Positions 28,541-44,100 of a stretch of DNA of 64,000 nt are shown in pieces. The stretch spans positions 78,120,001 through 78,184,000 of the forward strand of contig OZ024740.1 in NCBI GenBank assembly GCA_964016885.1, given 5' to 3'. Every line of letters starts with the position of its first letter. The stretch's first letter is position 1. The translations under genes and the position numbers were made by a program. The stretch is from Eledone cirrhosa. Its lineage: Eukaryota. Under the pieces are notes generated by a model, which was given only the letters and a program-made list of their open reading frames with translations, ran no database searches and was not told the origin of the DNA.

Positions 28541-30104
28541 CTTTCAGTGATATGGTTTCTCATTCACAAAAGTTGGGCGGAGTTTCAGCTACCTTTAACT
28601 TTACTACTACTGCTACAGCCACCACTAATAACCATACTACTGCTACTACTATTAAATCTCTTATTTTATTTTTTTTGCTTATTTTTTATTTTTTTACGAA
28701 ACCCTCGTCGTTTTTCTTCCTGGTTGTTTTCAGCCGTTTGTTGTTGTTGTTGTTGCTGTTGTTATACTGGTCCTCGTCTCACTCACTTTATATAGTCAAT
28801 GAGACGGCCCTGTTTCAGATGGGAGTTGGGGCGTGTCGTTTCGTGTTGAGAGCGGAGCCTCTGCTAATACCAGATGTATATATACACACACCCACATACG
28901 TATACAGTTACTATACTCTAACATCTATGTACTACACATACACTACAAATAATTTGCTTAGATTGGTAAGCTGGGTTTTTCTGCTTGAGAAATGTAGGCG
29001 TGGCTTAAGCTTGCAGAGCGTAGCTTTCCTTAAACCGTGTGTTTGTTCGAGATGAGGGTATATATATATATATATGTATGTGTGTGCGTATGTATGTATT
29101 TATGTGTTGTGTGTGTATGTATTTATGTGTTGTGTGTGTATGTATTTATGTGTGTGTGTGTGTGACGTCCATTCATGCTTCTGGCACACTCACAGACGTA
29201 TATGTGGGTAGGTTATTGTACGGATATTCACATTGACATAGCTACATACACGTACTCTGCCGTTTACGTGCATACACCGTATCGCTTTCCTCTCCTCTCT
29301 CTCCCTTGCAACTTTTATTTTCGTCTCTCCTCCCACCTCCTCACCCTGTTGCCGCCACCTCCCTCTCCTTTCATAGACACACTTCGACCTCACTCCTTCT
29401 TTTTCTCTCCTCCCTCTTCCCCTCGCCTTCTCCACTTTACATACTCCTCCTTCAACTCCTCACTCATAGAATGTTATATGTGTTTATGTACTACGTAGTA
29501 TATGTATATACCTAAATATATACCTAAATATATATATATATATATATGTGTGTGTGTATAAATGAATGTGTTTATGTTTATACATATATACACTTATATG
29601 TGTATAAGTGTTTATTGAAAGTATTATTATGATTGGCTTTTCTTTTTTATATATATATATTTTGTTTGTCTGTTTGTTTGTTTTTTGACATCTAACTAAG
29701 CCCGAGGTACGACAGAGATAAGTTTTTCATCGTTGAGCGAGGGAGGAGTGAAGTAGCGAATCTTGGTCCCGGTGGAAATTTGCAAAGCATTCGTCAGTCA
29801 CTACCGATGGTGAATTCACAGTCGGTGCCAAGGACTTCATTCTCCACCGTCCATCATTATCACCGGCGGAGATGGACGACCACAAATAGTGACTTATTCT
29901 TTTCCTTGGCAACATAGTCACACCACTTCATTTGTTTTAGTTTTTTTCCCCTAAAACTAACACACAAAAAAAAAAAAAAAATCAGAGAACGCCAGAAAAA
30001 GGAAATTAACAGAACTACAAACAAACAAAAAAAACATACCAGTCGATCCTTGAAGCACGGATAAAAACTTACTGCGCGTGTGTGTTAGTGTTTACATATA
30101 TAAT

Positions 30105-30154
<50 letters not shown>

Positions 30155-30882
30155 TGTGCGTGTGTTTGTGACTGTGCATATGCAAACGTGTATGTATGTA
30201 TAATATATAAAAGAGTGATATATAAATATGCTCATCATCATCTAATATATATATATATTTATTTATATGTATATATATATATACATCTTTTTAGATATAT
30301 ATTTTTGTATCTATTTTCAAATTTCCAATTTAAAGGATATTTTATATTAACACACACCTGGGTTAACCCGTTTTATTTACCTGTGGCATTTGACGAGGAG
30401 GAAGAAGAAAGAAAAAAATGAAGGAATACTAATTTCACACCTGAAAGAAAACGTATTTCACAAAGGAGATAAAAGATTTATTTAAAAGCAACCAAAAGTT
30501 TATATTCCATAACAATAACAACCACAACAATTGCTAATAATTATTATTGTTATTGTTTTTCTCGTATTTGAAAAAAATATATATTTATAAATATATATTT
30601 ATACAGACTGAGGAGAATTTAGAGAAAAAAAATCTTATTTATTTTAAATATTCTCTTTAAAAAAAATTGTTTCACCAATTTTATGTTCATTTCGCTGGTT
30701 GTTTCGTTGTAATTTGTATATACATCGCACAAGAAGGAATATATATTATATATATAAGCTGCTCAGTGGTGTATGTATATGTGCATTTGAAATATATATA
30801 TATATACACACAAATTTATACATTCATATTTATTTATATGTATGCATACATATTATATTGTATACATTAATAAAAATCAACT

Positions 30883-31042
30883 ATGCTCACGTCTGGATCA
30901 CCATCACCTGTCCGGATTTGTAATGGTGTAGCTACGGGTGTGGCTGGGAATAATTCACCAGCCAGACAAATGCGCACTGGAGGATACCATTCTCAATTCT
31001 GGACAGTTCACAGCCGATCAAATCCCCAAAACTTACGGATAG
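30883..31042 (+). CDS. Probable first coding exon of an unidentified host gene (MLTSGSPSPVRICNG...QFWTVHSRSNPQNLRI)
   Basis: ATG in aactATG context; 53 codons of non-repetitive, GC-elevated sequence ending at a strong donor AG|GTAAGC (phase 1). No downstream exon was identified. Confidence 0.6.
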
Positions 31043-31218
31043 GTAAGCTTCTTATGGTTTCTTTTTTTTCTTTTTTTTTTCTTCATGTTTTTTATATGAT
31101 ATACACAAAAACACTACATTCTCTCCAATCATCCTCTCTTTATATATATGAGCCGTTTTGTTTTGTTATTGTTGTTATGCCTGTTTACCTTATACACTCA
31201 CACACACACACACACATG

Positions 31219-31270
<52 letters not shown>

Positions 31271-31934
31271 ATTTATATTGTTTAATGATTCTGAAGAAAT
31301 ACAGAGAAGAATGAATGGTGGAACATCTCGCTGTATTGATAGAAACGTTCGTAAATCAATTAAATAATTTAATGTAATTTAATCTCTTATATATATATAA
31401 TAATAATATATATATAATGTGAGTGTTATGTATTCTAAGAAAATATGGAAATCTTAATCGCAGAAAATAACTAATTACAGTCGACTGCTATGAAAGTTTA
31501 GAAAATCGGATACAATATCGATATCAGCAGCCACTACGAAGAATCGAACTCTGTACCATATAGTACTCGGTGCATATTAAGTTTCACAGTAGTTATAGTC
31601 CCAATCAATTTAGGTCTATATCTTGTAATAGTATCTATATATCTCAGAAATCTCTTTACAATCTTCCTTCAATAATCGGGTTTCCAAAACGGCGTAAATT
31701 GATTTTATTATGATTACACTTGCTTCTAGCTTTCGTTATCAGGTATCATTTGATAGTGAGCGTGTGGACTTTATTTTAAAAAAAAAAACTCCTGTATGGT
31801 TGTGGTCATGCTGGAGCACCGCCATAAACGTAAATAATAGGGTTTCTTTTGTGATTTCTCTTCATTAATCTTTTTAGGAAAGCGGCGAGTTATAATAATT
31901 TTTTGGCATTTTTTACGCAAATTATTTTAATAAT

Positions 31935-32520
31935 AATTGTTTCTACATTTCTCAAATGGCCAACAATTTAGAGAGAAAAGAGAAAGTCGATTAAATCGAC
32001 CCCATTGCATTACTTGTATTTTATTATATCGACCCCGTTAGGATGAAAGGCAAAGCTAGCCTCAGCGGGATTTGAACTCACAACGTAAAGGCCCGTAACT
32101 ATATACCGTAATGCATGTTGTCTGACGCTCTACCGACACTGCCAATCCACTGCTCTAAATGATATTAATTGTTTCTACTTTAGGCACAAGGCCAGCAATT
32201 ACCCAGTGCATTACTGGTACTTTATTTTATCGACCCCGTAAGGATGAAAGGCAAAGTCAACCTCGGCGGGATTTGAACTCAGATCGTAAAGGGACGTAAC
32301 TATGCTGGAAAGCATGGCGTCCGACCCTCTACCGATACTGCCAAATAATAATGGTTTCTGATTTAGGCACAAGGCCAACAATTTTGGGGGAAGAGAAAGT
32401 CGATAAAATCGAAACCAGTGCATTACTGGTGCTTTGTTTTATCGACCCCGTAAAGATGTAAGGCAAAGTTCATTTCGGCAGGATTTGAACTCAGATCGTA
32501 GAGGACCGTAACTCTATGCT
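31935..32520 (-). mobile_element. Three tandem copies of the dominant SINE
   Basis: Copies at about 31935-32155, 32168-32345 and 32352-32520, each with atcgacccc...gatttgaactc. Confidence 0.85.
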
Positions 32521-34416
32521 GCGAAATAATTTTTATTGGTCATAAAAGCCCATGATGTTGACAGGAAAGAGTACGAGAATTAAATATGTAAGAGGGACAA
32601 GGAACAACGGGTGAGATTTATATTGAGTTTCATCAATAAACAATAGACCCATTATTAAGGTTATTTCACCTAGTCTAAAGATTATAGACTGGGTGACAGA
32701 AGACCTGCTTGCGCTTACAGACGTACCAAATAAATAAATAAAAACTTTTGATCCTTTTGATATAAAACCGTACCTGGTTTTACATTTATCTAAAAAAGAC
32801 TTCCATTATACTTTTATATAAGAACCTTTGTTAAGTTATGTTCCTAACACGAGCTTAATAACTAGAAAGTTTAAACTATTTGCTAAATCTCTCCAAATGT
32901 TTCTGATTTTTCATAATGATTTAGAAATTGCAGGCAATGTGTAACACAAAATAAGCCAAAATGTGTTTGCAAGAAAATGAAAATTGTATGTTAAGGTCCT
33001 TAATTATTGTAATATAATTTGTTTTTTCTTCCTCATACTGTTTAACCCCAAGCAAGGCCAGGCGTAATTGAAACGAACCTATATGACTTAGATAAGTTGT
33101 GGGTTTTTTTTATAAAGATATGATATATCCAAGATCTTAATTACACACACAACCTCTATCAATTTTTAAGACGTTAGTTAGAGTATGATTTGAGCTGGAT
33201 TTAGCTGCAATTTCTAACAGATCAGATGACCACGTAGATGCTTCCTCGTCAGTTACTTTGTTGTATGTGCAGTAAGTGTAGTTGATGCATTCATTCAAAT
33301 CTGGTTTGATAGAGCTGGAAAGTTTTAAATAGTGAATTATAGATGGGCGATTTTTCGAGATTTTTCTTTTTTTAACGTTCCGGGGTGATATGTAAAAGTA
33401 CCAGTTCAGTACTAGATAGTGATTTAATAGACTTCCCCTTCTCTATAAATTGATGTCCTTGTGCCTAAATTCTTAACTATCTATGTGTGAAGACAGAAAG
33501 GTAGTTGCCCCAAAATTTTCGGAGAAAGGCAAGTTTGTCCGTAGATTTTCTGGGCATTTGTTGAAATAAGAAAAGAAAATATCTCGTTCCATTCACTAGA
33601 TTTATTGCGCTTGACCCGCTTATATATATATATATAATGTAGTAGTGTCAACGGTTTCCGTAGATAGGCAACTCTGGCATATATTGTCACTATGCTAGAG
33701 TGGGCTTTAAAAGGTAGCAAGCAACGGTCTTGGGGAAATTATTTACAATAATAATAATATATATATGCAGACTCGACACGGTGGGAGAACCCTAGCTCTA
33801 ACGTGTGTATGTGTGTGTACATATACATATATATACCATTTATGTTGGATGGTTTAATAAATGTGAAGATTTAGTCATTCTGATTAGCACACCATGATGT
33901 AATAAGCTAAAGGACTAAATGTTGCAAAAATTCCAATACGTATTTCTATGGCCGGCAGGCTTGCGTTATCTGATCATCGCGCAAGACGTCATTAGGTTCA
34001 ATTCACAAACATTAACTAATTACTGGATAAAGGCAAAATATAAACAAAGAATAGAATTGGTACGGTGGCGGTCTGCCTGTCAGTGCGATCACTGTGACAA
34101 ACGGCCGTATATATATTTATATATATATATCGGGCAAGATGTTTTGATATTTTCACATATTTTGTGATGTATCCTCGCTGATTCCCACTTTTCTAAGTCT
34201 TCCTTTCTGTTCCAAGACTGGTATCTGTACAGAAAGTTTTTGCTATGTTTTAGGGAGTTTCAGACAGTTTTAAGTAGTAAGATTATTGTTAGGGATCACA
34301 AAAGTATGTATATTGAAAGATGAAGTGTCACTTCATTGCTTATTCACTTTTATTACATGAAGTTGAAAATGTTCTCCTGTTTGATCTTCCAAACGTGTGA
34401 GCTCACGAACATACAC

Positions 34417-34453
<37 letters not shown>

Positions 34454-34615
34454 TGTGTGTGTTTTATATAAATGAAAATAGAGAAATTAATGTGAGCAAG
34501 AAGCCAACAGTAATTCATACATATAAGTAGTGACTATTACGTCAAGATGGAAAATATTTAACGGTAAGATATGGGAAAATGATTCAATCCCAATTCAAAA
34601 AAAGTCAAGACAAAG

Positions 34616-34674
<59 letters not shown>

Positions 34675-35042
34675 AGTAAGAATATTTTCGAAACAGCGAG
34701 TGGGTTTGAAGTTATTAGAAATGTAAGCTATCGCCGTATTTTGACTAAAGAAATTAATGAAATTATTTAGCCTGATAGTGGGGTTAAGAACCCTCGGAGA
34801 AAATACGGCCATAGCTTATATATATATATAATGTGTTTTATTTATATATATATATATACAGATAGATATTTGTTTATGTATATATATATATATACTTGCA
34901 TAAAATGTGATTAATATATATTAAATTTATAAATATAAATACATATAAAATATTCATTATATATATATATGTATATTTGTATAAAATGTGATTAATATAT
35001 ATTAAATTTATAAATATATATACATATAAAACATTCATTACA

Positions 35043-35167
35043 GCCCTTGCCATTCTGAGTTCGAATCCCGCCGAGGTTAACTTTGCCTTTCATCCTTACG
35101 AAGTCGATAAAATAAAGTACCAGTAATGCACTGGGTAATTGCTGGCCTTGTGCCTAAAATAGAAACA
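35043..35167 (+). mobile_element. Dominant SINE (5'-truncated)
   Basis: B-box gagttcgaatccc plus core and tail. Confidence 0.8.
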
Positions 35168-35296
35168 TTTATATATATATACATGTATATATATATATTT
35201 ACATATATACATGTGTATATATATATATATATTTCTATATATATATATATATTTCTATATATATACATGTATATATATATATTTCTCTATATATAT

Positions 35297-35362
<66 letters not shown>

Positions 35363-35395
35363 CTCTCTATATATATATTTCTCTATATATATATT

Positions 35396-35426
<31 letters not shown>

Positions 35427-36573
35427 TTCTCTCTCTATATATATATATATATATATTTCTCTCTCTATATATATATATATATATATTTCTCTCTATATAT
35501 GTACATGTATATATATATATACACATTTATATATATATATACATTTATATATATATATATGTACACATTTATATATATATATACATTTATATATATATAT
35601 ATAGTAGAATAATCGAGTATCGAAAAATCGGCGCACGAGTTCACGATAAACAAAATTCGATATGAGCGGCAGAGGGCTCAATAATTTAGATAAATCAGAG
35701 CTATAACTATCGTTAAAATACCGTCACACATAGAACAAGTCTATAATCAACCATACAACCGAAAAATTGCGATCTGGAAGATTCGGGACACTCAGATAAA
35801 AAATCAATAAATCAAATGAATGTATACATTTATATATACATTTATATATTTATATATTTATATATATAGATGTATATTTATATATAGATGTATATTTACA
35901 TATATATGCATATATATGTATATATATATAAATATATATATATAAATGTATATACATATATATATATATAAATATATATATATAAATGTATATACATATA
36001 TATATAAATATATATATATGTATATATATATAAATATATATATAAATGTATATACATATATATATATAAATATATATATATAAATGTATATATATATAAA
36101 TGTATATATATATAAATATATATATATAAATGTATATATGTATATATATATAAATATATATATGTATATATATGTATATATATATAAATATATATATGTA
36201 TATATATATAAATATATATATGTATATATATATAAATATATATATTTAAATATATATACATATATATATATAAATATATATATATAAATGTATATACATA
36301 TATATATAAATATATATATATGTATATATATATAAATATATATACATGTATATATATATAAATATATATACATATATATATATATAAATATATATATACA
36401 TATATATATAAATATATATATATGTATATATATATAAATATATATACATATATGTATAAATGTATATATATATAAATATATATACATATATGTATAAATG
36501 TATATATATATAAATATATATACATATATGTATGTATATATATATAAATATATATACATATATGTATGTATAT

Positions 36574-36622
<49 letters not shown>

Positions 36623-37090
36623 CATACATTTATATGGCGCTGTGGTCGGGATTTACACATATCTCTCTCTCTCTCTCTCTCTTTATATATATATATATAT
36701 TTATATATTTATATATATATTATACACGCGCACATTCATATATATGCGCATAACTGAAAATGTTATTTGTACACGTGTTTCTCAAAAGGTTTCTTCGGTA
36801 AACACTTAAGCTGGTTGCTCAAACATAATAGATGATTGTTATTATTACACTAATACTAAGATAACGCTTGTGACCTGTTGTTTTTGAACGCTGTGGTCAA
36901 ATCATCGGCTGCTCGTCTCAATCAACTCGTTCTATTGCTATGATTGTCAACAGCATATCTGATTTATATTTCATTCTGTTTAAAACGTCTGTTTACTCTT
37001 TATTGCCTAGTCTTTAACACCTCAGGTCTGTGTGTGTGTGTATGTATATATACATACACACACATACACTTGTGTATTTATTTATATATA

Positions 37091-37121
<31 letters not shown>

Positions 37122-37140
37122 TCATATATATGTATTTATA

Positions 37141-37183
<43 letters not shown>

Positions 37184-37192
37184 GTACATATT

Positions 37193-37223
<31 letters not shown>

Positions 37224-37683
37224 GTACATATTTATATATATGTATTTATATATATATATGTATGTTCATATTTATATATATATATGTATTTATATATATA
37301 TATATGTTCATATTTATATATATATATGTATTTATATATATATATATATGTTCATATTTATATATATATGTATTTATATATATATATATATATGTGTACA
37401 TATATGTATTCATATAAGTACATATATGTATTCATATATATGTATGCGTACATATGTTTTCAAATATATATCATATATATGTATTTATTTATATGTATAT
37501 GTACATATATGTATTCATATATATGTATGTGTACATGTTTTCAAATATATATCTATATGTACATATGTGTTTATATATATAGATGTACATATATATGTAT
37601 TCATATATATATATATATGTACATAAATATATTTATGTATGTATATATATATGTACATATATATATTTATGTATGTACATATA

Positions 37684-37727
<44 letters not shown>
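35168..37727. repeat. Compound TA microsatellite fields with unique islands (35603-35820, 36630-37030)
   Basis: Direct inspection. Confidence 0.85.
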
Positions 37728-37729
<2 letters not shown>

Positions 37730-38911
37730 TATTTGTTTCTTGTAATACTACTGCTCGCTTCAATTCTGAACATATCTAATTGTGGTTGAATTATTTTCCA
37801 ATAATCGCTTCTCAGCTGTATCTAGGCAAAATATCATCCTCAGTGTTTGACTCAACATCTAGTTCGGAGTTCTAAATCTGATAATGTTTCTATTATCTAT
37901 ACCGATCTATAATGTATGTGTATATATATATATATATATATGAGCTTGTTGACATATATATATATGAGCTTGTTGACACTGTGTTACACATCCTTGATTC
38001 GGTACAATTATGTTCCAAGCCCTTCTAACCGTGACTATCCCGGCTTTAATCTTTCAAACAGTGTCTCTAGCATTTATATTATCAAGTGTTTTTCCGTTTT
38101 TTTTTTTTTCTTTTTAATACGATACAATATGATAGAGGGAGATTTAGCTTCAATCTCTAATAGTTCGTCTTCTCTGGGTCTCCTTTAAATGCCATAATGG
38201 TGAAATTAGAAAAGCATTGGGACTTGAAAGGAAAGTATGTACAATCTTAAACATTTTTGAAAAGAAGAAGAAAATTTAGAGAAATTATAGAAAATCATAA
38301 GAAACAAAAGAGAAAGAAATTAGATTTGAAGACCGAATCATGTCAACATTTTGGTTAATGTACTCTCGTAGTCTATGGATAGAATTGTATCTTCATAGCT
38401 ATGATATCTGAAGTGATCATTCAACGACGTACAGACTAGAATTGTTGTTTGGTGCCACTGTAGCATACACATACACAGACACACACACACACACATTCGA
38501 ATAAAGATTCTGTTTGATGCCATGGAATAAGAAATTGTTTGATGTAACCGAATGAGAAATTCAACAGATGTTGACTCAAATCTGTTCCCATTTAGGGATT
38601 TACAGAGCCCTTAATCTCTAAACACCCCACTACCCTATCTCAACTCAACCATTCACGTTGCCCTTATCTTTCCTTCTTCACCGAAAGTTTTTGATTCCGT
38701 AAATCAGAGGAGTTAAGGGATAACATTTTAGTCATTCTTCCCATTTTTCTGTTTTCCATAAAGTAACATATCTTGGTTTTCAGATTAACTTAAAGACCAA
38801 CATCCAAGAGCTATTACAATAGTTTGAACGTTAACATGACTGACCCTCGAATAATTCCATAGAAAAATCACTTAGATAATGCTGGTTTAATATAAAAGAC
38901 GCTTATTTTTG

Positions 38912-38993
<82 letters not shown>

Positions 38994-39205
38994 CGAAGGA
39001 AGTGTGGTAAGGAACCAGATGGACCATAACGTACCAGAGTACTCAATACTTAGGGTAGTAGAGTAGGTAATAGAAAAATGTTCAAGACCCCGACGGCAGA
39101 GCTCAAGCCGTTTCGACGGCTCTGGACAAAAATAGAATCCAGAAATAGCCGTCGAAACGGCTTGAGCTCTGCGGTCGGGGTCTTGAACATTTTCATATAT
39201 ATATA

Positions 39206-39361
39206 TTCAAATGGTAAGGGACTAGATTCGCTAAGGTGAAAAAAATACTAACTATGGACAATAAGGTTTCCCAGACTCAATTTAAGAATAAATCAAGGAA
39301 ATAAATACAAACCGGAAAGTATTTTTTTCACCTTAACGAACCTGGTCCCTTACGATTTGAA
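39206..39361. mobile_element. MITE-like element with about 40-bp imperfect terminal inverted repeats
   Basis: ttcaaatggtaagggactagattcgctaaggtgaaaaaaatact ... agtatttttttcaccttaacgaacctggtcccttacgatttgaa. Confidence 0.6.
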
Positions 39362-39477
39362 CACATATATGTATATGTCTGTTTATCTCTCTTTTATATT
39401 CAATTATATTTATATATATATTCTATATCCAAACCTGCATTGTTCTGGCCTTCTAACTTCAAACATATATATATATA

Positions 39478-39608
39478 CGAGACTCGGGTTCAATTGGGGG
39501 TAACCACAGTAAGTAAAGTACTCAATACATTAGCAGAGTATATACAAAATTTAATATAGAAATGGCTTCTACAGGACTAGATCTGTTTCATTCCCGAAGG
39601 AAATCATC
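39478..39608 (-). mobile_element. Family A element with hammerhead broken in the CUGAUGA box
   Basis: Minus strand: (ta)GATGA-t-ttcc(TTCG)ggaa-t-GAAA-cag...ctg-TA-gaagcc; homologous to the 27392 and 42626 copies. Confidence 0.75.
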
Positions 39609-40435
39609 TAAATCCATTGGCTCCAGTCATGTGAGCTACTCAATCTCTGACAGATCTATCTATCTATATATATTATATGTGTATTTATGTTTGTATATGT
39701 ATGTATATTTCGTTGATTCATTTTCGTTTCTCTATGAATTTTACTTTCGTTTCAATCCGAAAAATCATAGGACTAACGAGGTTGACGTTTATTTTATTCT
39801 TACTATATTTATTTATTGTTAAATGGAGAAATACATATTAACATTATATATTCAGTACATTTCGTTATTTCCATTTCGGTTTTTAGATTTAACTTTTCCT
39901 TTCAATCCGACACAAGTATATGACATAAACGAACACTGTAATCATGTCAACAGTTCATCTCGGGTGGAAAATGTTATCGTTTTTTGTTGTTTATTGCGGC
40001 AGGTCAACCTTGATCAAGCAGATATGTTATCAAATATCGTCTAGGCATGATCATCTCATTATTTTCAGATATAGTGTATCCACGGCTACATTTTTCAACG
40101 TTGCCTTCCTACAAAAATGAAAAAAATAAAATAAAAAATGGTAGCGTGCTGTAATTTGAGTTACACATAAACTGTTATTTCTAGCAGGTCATGCATTGGC
40201 CTTTTTCTTTTTGTTGTTGTCGTTGTCGACTCTACCGTTATCGGGGTAAGATAGATCCGTCGTTAATTTAACATTTATAGACACCATTGATAAAACATTT
40301 AGCTATACGAATACTTTAGCTTAAACGCTATTGAATCATGTTAGTAAGACCTATATCAATGTATTGAGTAACGATTTGCATCCCTGGTTATCCAGTTTAG
40401 CTATTATATATAGTTTTGTTAAAAGATGATGTATG

Positions 40436-40492
<57 letters not shown>

Positions 40493-40622
40493 GCAAAAGT
40501 TTTATTTAAATTGTTGGGATACAACAAGCAAATATTTTTATAACTGATATAAAGCACTCGACAAATATTTGGAGTAGATATACGATATTAATAAATGGAA
40601 ACTATATTTATAAAACCATATT

Positions 40623-40687
40623 TATTTCATTATATATATTTCAAGGATACCAAGTTAAATTATGGTATGCCTTCATCAGACAAAATA
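40623..40687 (-). ncRNA. Type-I hammerhead ribozyme (family H element 40489-40801)
   Basis: Minus strand: tattttgt-CTGATGA-agg-c-atacca(10 nt)tggtat-c-ctt-GAAA-ta(ta)ta-TA-atgaaata. Confidence 0.8.
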
Positions 40688-40930
40688 CAATATATAACAG
40701 TTTTTTATATAGACATATTGACGTACCCTTTTAAAAAAGTGACCGTTGCTTTTGGAGGCCGTCAGGATAACTATCCTGATGGCCTCCAAAAGCAACGGTC
40801 ATACCCTCTATCTCAATTTTACCTTTGAAAAAATGAATATTCTTTAAAGATTCCATTAACATTTTCAATGTCTTTTCTTTATACTTTCACCCGTATGGGA
40901 CATCTCTTTAAAAAAAATAACCCCGCATTT

Positions 40931-40985
<55 letters not shown>

Positions 40986-41220
40986 TGGTGCTAACCGATC
41001 AGGGATGTGCAAACCACCTTTTAGTCGGTTGACTGTGGTGCAGATAAGATGAAGCGCACAACATATACAAGCTGGAGCATTATAAAGTATTGAATAGATT
41101 GAAGGCCATATGCAGTTGTATTAAAGTCTATGTTTATCCATATATATATATTTAATTACAGGTGAGATGCAAGGGGAATTCCAGAGTAACAAGGTTCACC
41201 ATTTAACCCTAATAAAATGG

Positions 41221-41317
<97 letters not shown>

Positions 41318-41325
41318 AACCAAGG

Positions 41326-41367
<42 letters not shown>

Positions 41368-42105
41368 CCTTGGTTAAACTCTATAGTTTAAATACATTAT
41401 ATAGTCACGTACCCAGATAGAACATTTCCATGATAAATCTTGTCTGACAAATCGGACACTATAAAAGCAAATTTCATGAAATCTAGGCTCCAACGTAGCT
41501 CATGTCATCTCTAAAGTTAATCTATCAGTTTATTAGCCTATGTATGTGTGTGTGTGTTTGTGTGTGTGATTTACACATATAAACAAACACGTTTCTTGAG
41601 TGTTTATCAAGTTGTATAAACATGCGGCGAGGTGTATATAATATGAAGCACGAACTGAGTTCGCTACGATTTCTGTATGAACACACACTCGCATTCAGGT
41701 GCGTGTGTTAAACTGAATTGAAAATAACCGCTTTTACGTCAACGATCTAACTATGTATGTACTTTGAAGACCTTTATAATATAGTCTATATCTAGTTTAA
41801 GGTCTGTCCCAAAGCCAAGAGGCTCATCAAGCCGGTGCTTATCGCAGTGTCGTGGCGTCAAGCGACTGAGAGTACGAGACTTCTCCCTGGACAGGACGCC
41901 AGTCCATCGCAAGGTTAAAAACCCGGCTATTGCTGGTACTCATTTTCAGTTAAGTATACGTGAAATGGAATGTTTTGATCAAACACCTAACTCAACCCAG
42001 GAATCGAACCCATGACATTATGATCGTGAGTCCAACATCCTTACCACAGGCCACGCGCCTCCTTATCATATACCGTAGATGATATCAGCCAGCCAGACAG
42101 ACTGA

Positions 42106-42227
<122 letters not shown>

Positions 42228-42701
42228 ATTTCGGAGCCTAAAATTTATGAGGAGAAAGGGTGATGGGTTGATTGCTACAATATTCAGTATATATTAATTG
42301 TAATATATTTCTTTAACCCCGCAAAGATGATTTACAAAACCAGCCCTGTCGAGAATTGAAACCATGGTGTTCAGTAACATAGCATAACCAGGACACTCTA
42401 CTGATTCAACCATCAGAGCAAAAAAGAAAATATATAATTAATGATTTCTATTATAGACACAAGGTCAGTAATTTGGGGAGAGAGCAAAGTCGATTAAATC
42501 GACCCCAGTGTGTTACTGGTACTTTATTCTATCGACCCCGTAAGGATAAAAGGCAAAGCTAACCTCGGCGGGATTTGAACCCAGGGCGTAAAGAGTAGGA
42601 ACATGATAATAGTAATGATAATAAAGCTGAGATCCTTTAACTGTCTGCCAGATAAACAAAAGGTGCTGGGCTGTCAGCTCTGGTCTTATATATCGGGGCG
42701 G

Positions 42702-42753
42702 GGCTTTCCTGATGATTTCCTTCGCATGAAACAGTTCTAGTCCTGTAGAAGCC
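42702..42753 (+). ncRNA. Type-I hammerhead ribozyme (family A element about 42626-42835)
   Basis: ggctttc-CTGATGA-tttccttcgcat-GAAA-cag(ttctagtc)ctg-TA-gaagcc; stem II damaged relative to the 39.6-kb copy. Confidence 0.75.
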
Positions 42754-43583
42754 ATTTCTATATTAAACACTATATACTCTGCTATGTATTGAGTACCTTA
42801 CTTACTGTGCTTACCCCCGATTGAACCCGGGATACATACACACACACATATATGTGTGTGTGTATGTATATGTACATATGTATGCGTGTGTATTTATTTA
42901 TATATGTATGCATGCGTTGTGTGCGTGTTTGTATTAACATGTATATATGTGTGTGTAAACAGACACACACACACACACACTTATATACACTCACAATCTA
43001 CTCTTAGAATACAATTACTATTGACTACTAGCTGCTTAGTGCTATTATATAATAATTACATAATCTGTTCATCAGGCGATATATTTGATTGTATTACATA
43101 ATTAAACTTAACCAGCATGGTGTTGAGTGCTGTCTTTTCCTATATATGTCCCTATCGTATTTGTTGTGTGTGTGTGTATATATAAATATATATATATATG
43201 TATACACACATACATACAAACATATATATATAAATATAAATTTAGCGAGAATCGCATTTCGGCGGGTAGAAAAGACGAAACGCAAAAGTCAGAAAGTATG
43301 CTGGCAAGCGCTCCATAGTTGAAAAACCCCAGAGCTAAAAATATATGTTAAAACGCCATACAAAACTGAAAAAGTGGTCAAGAAAGCATCAACCACCTAA
43401 ACCAAAAAGCAAATCAAGCTAAACAGGTCAAAACAGAATAAATGATATATATATATATATATATCCGTATGTGGTTGATGGCTGAGAAAAAGGAGTATTC
43501 AGTACCGAAGTAGAGTTTTAATATTCATTTTATTATGGCTAAAATGTGAGTCTTGTTACTCTGGAGTTATCAGACAAGAACTT

Positions 43584-43631
43584 CTTGTCTGATGACCCTG
43601 AGATAAACAGGCGAAACTCCCGAGTAACAAG
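43584..43631 (+). ncRNA. Type-I hammerhead ribozyme (family B fold-back element 43464-43664)
   Basis: cttgt-CTGATGA-c-cctg(agataaa)cagg-c-GAAA-ctc(cc)gag-TA-acaag; GUA cleavage after 43626. Confidence 0.88.
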
Positions 43632-44057
43632 CAAGACTCACTATTTAGATATAATGAAATGAATATATATATATATTTATATATTGTATATATATATATC
43701 TATAATGTGTTCACATTCAGTCGGATTTATATATAAGAACAACGTCTAATGTTACTTAGTAATGAAAGAAATTATTAATTTTAGTAAAACCCTTAAAATT
43801 CTTCATTAATTAATGAAAATAAAATGTATTTCACTAGAAATACTATCACGAAAGTGTTAAAACCTCCAAGAAGTCTATACGATTAACTCTATAGCAAGCC
43901 AGTTAAACCTATGGTGCTTATCAGTTGCAATGTGTATATATATATAGAGAGAGAGATCGATAGATAGATCCCGAGTGAAATCAGGAGTAACCACAGTAAA
44001 TAAGGTACTCAATACATAAGTAGAAGCGAGAACAACGAAATTTAATATAGAATTGTA

Positions 44058-44100
44058 TAGTGGAGAAACCCTTTCAAAACTGGCTTCTCATCGGGCACCA
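44058..44100 (-). ncRNA. Variant hammerhead (CCGATGA core) in an A-related element from 43968
   Basis: Minus strand: tggtg-c-CCGATGA-gaagc(ca)gtttt-GAAA-gggtttc-TC-cacta, at the position homologous to family A ribozymes. Confidence 0.5.
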
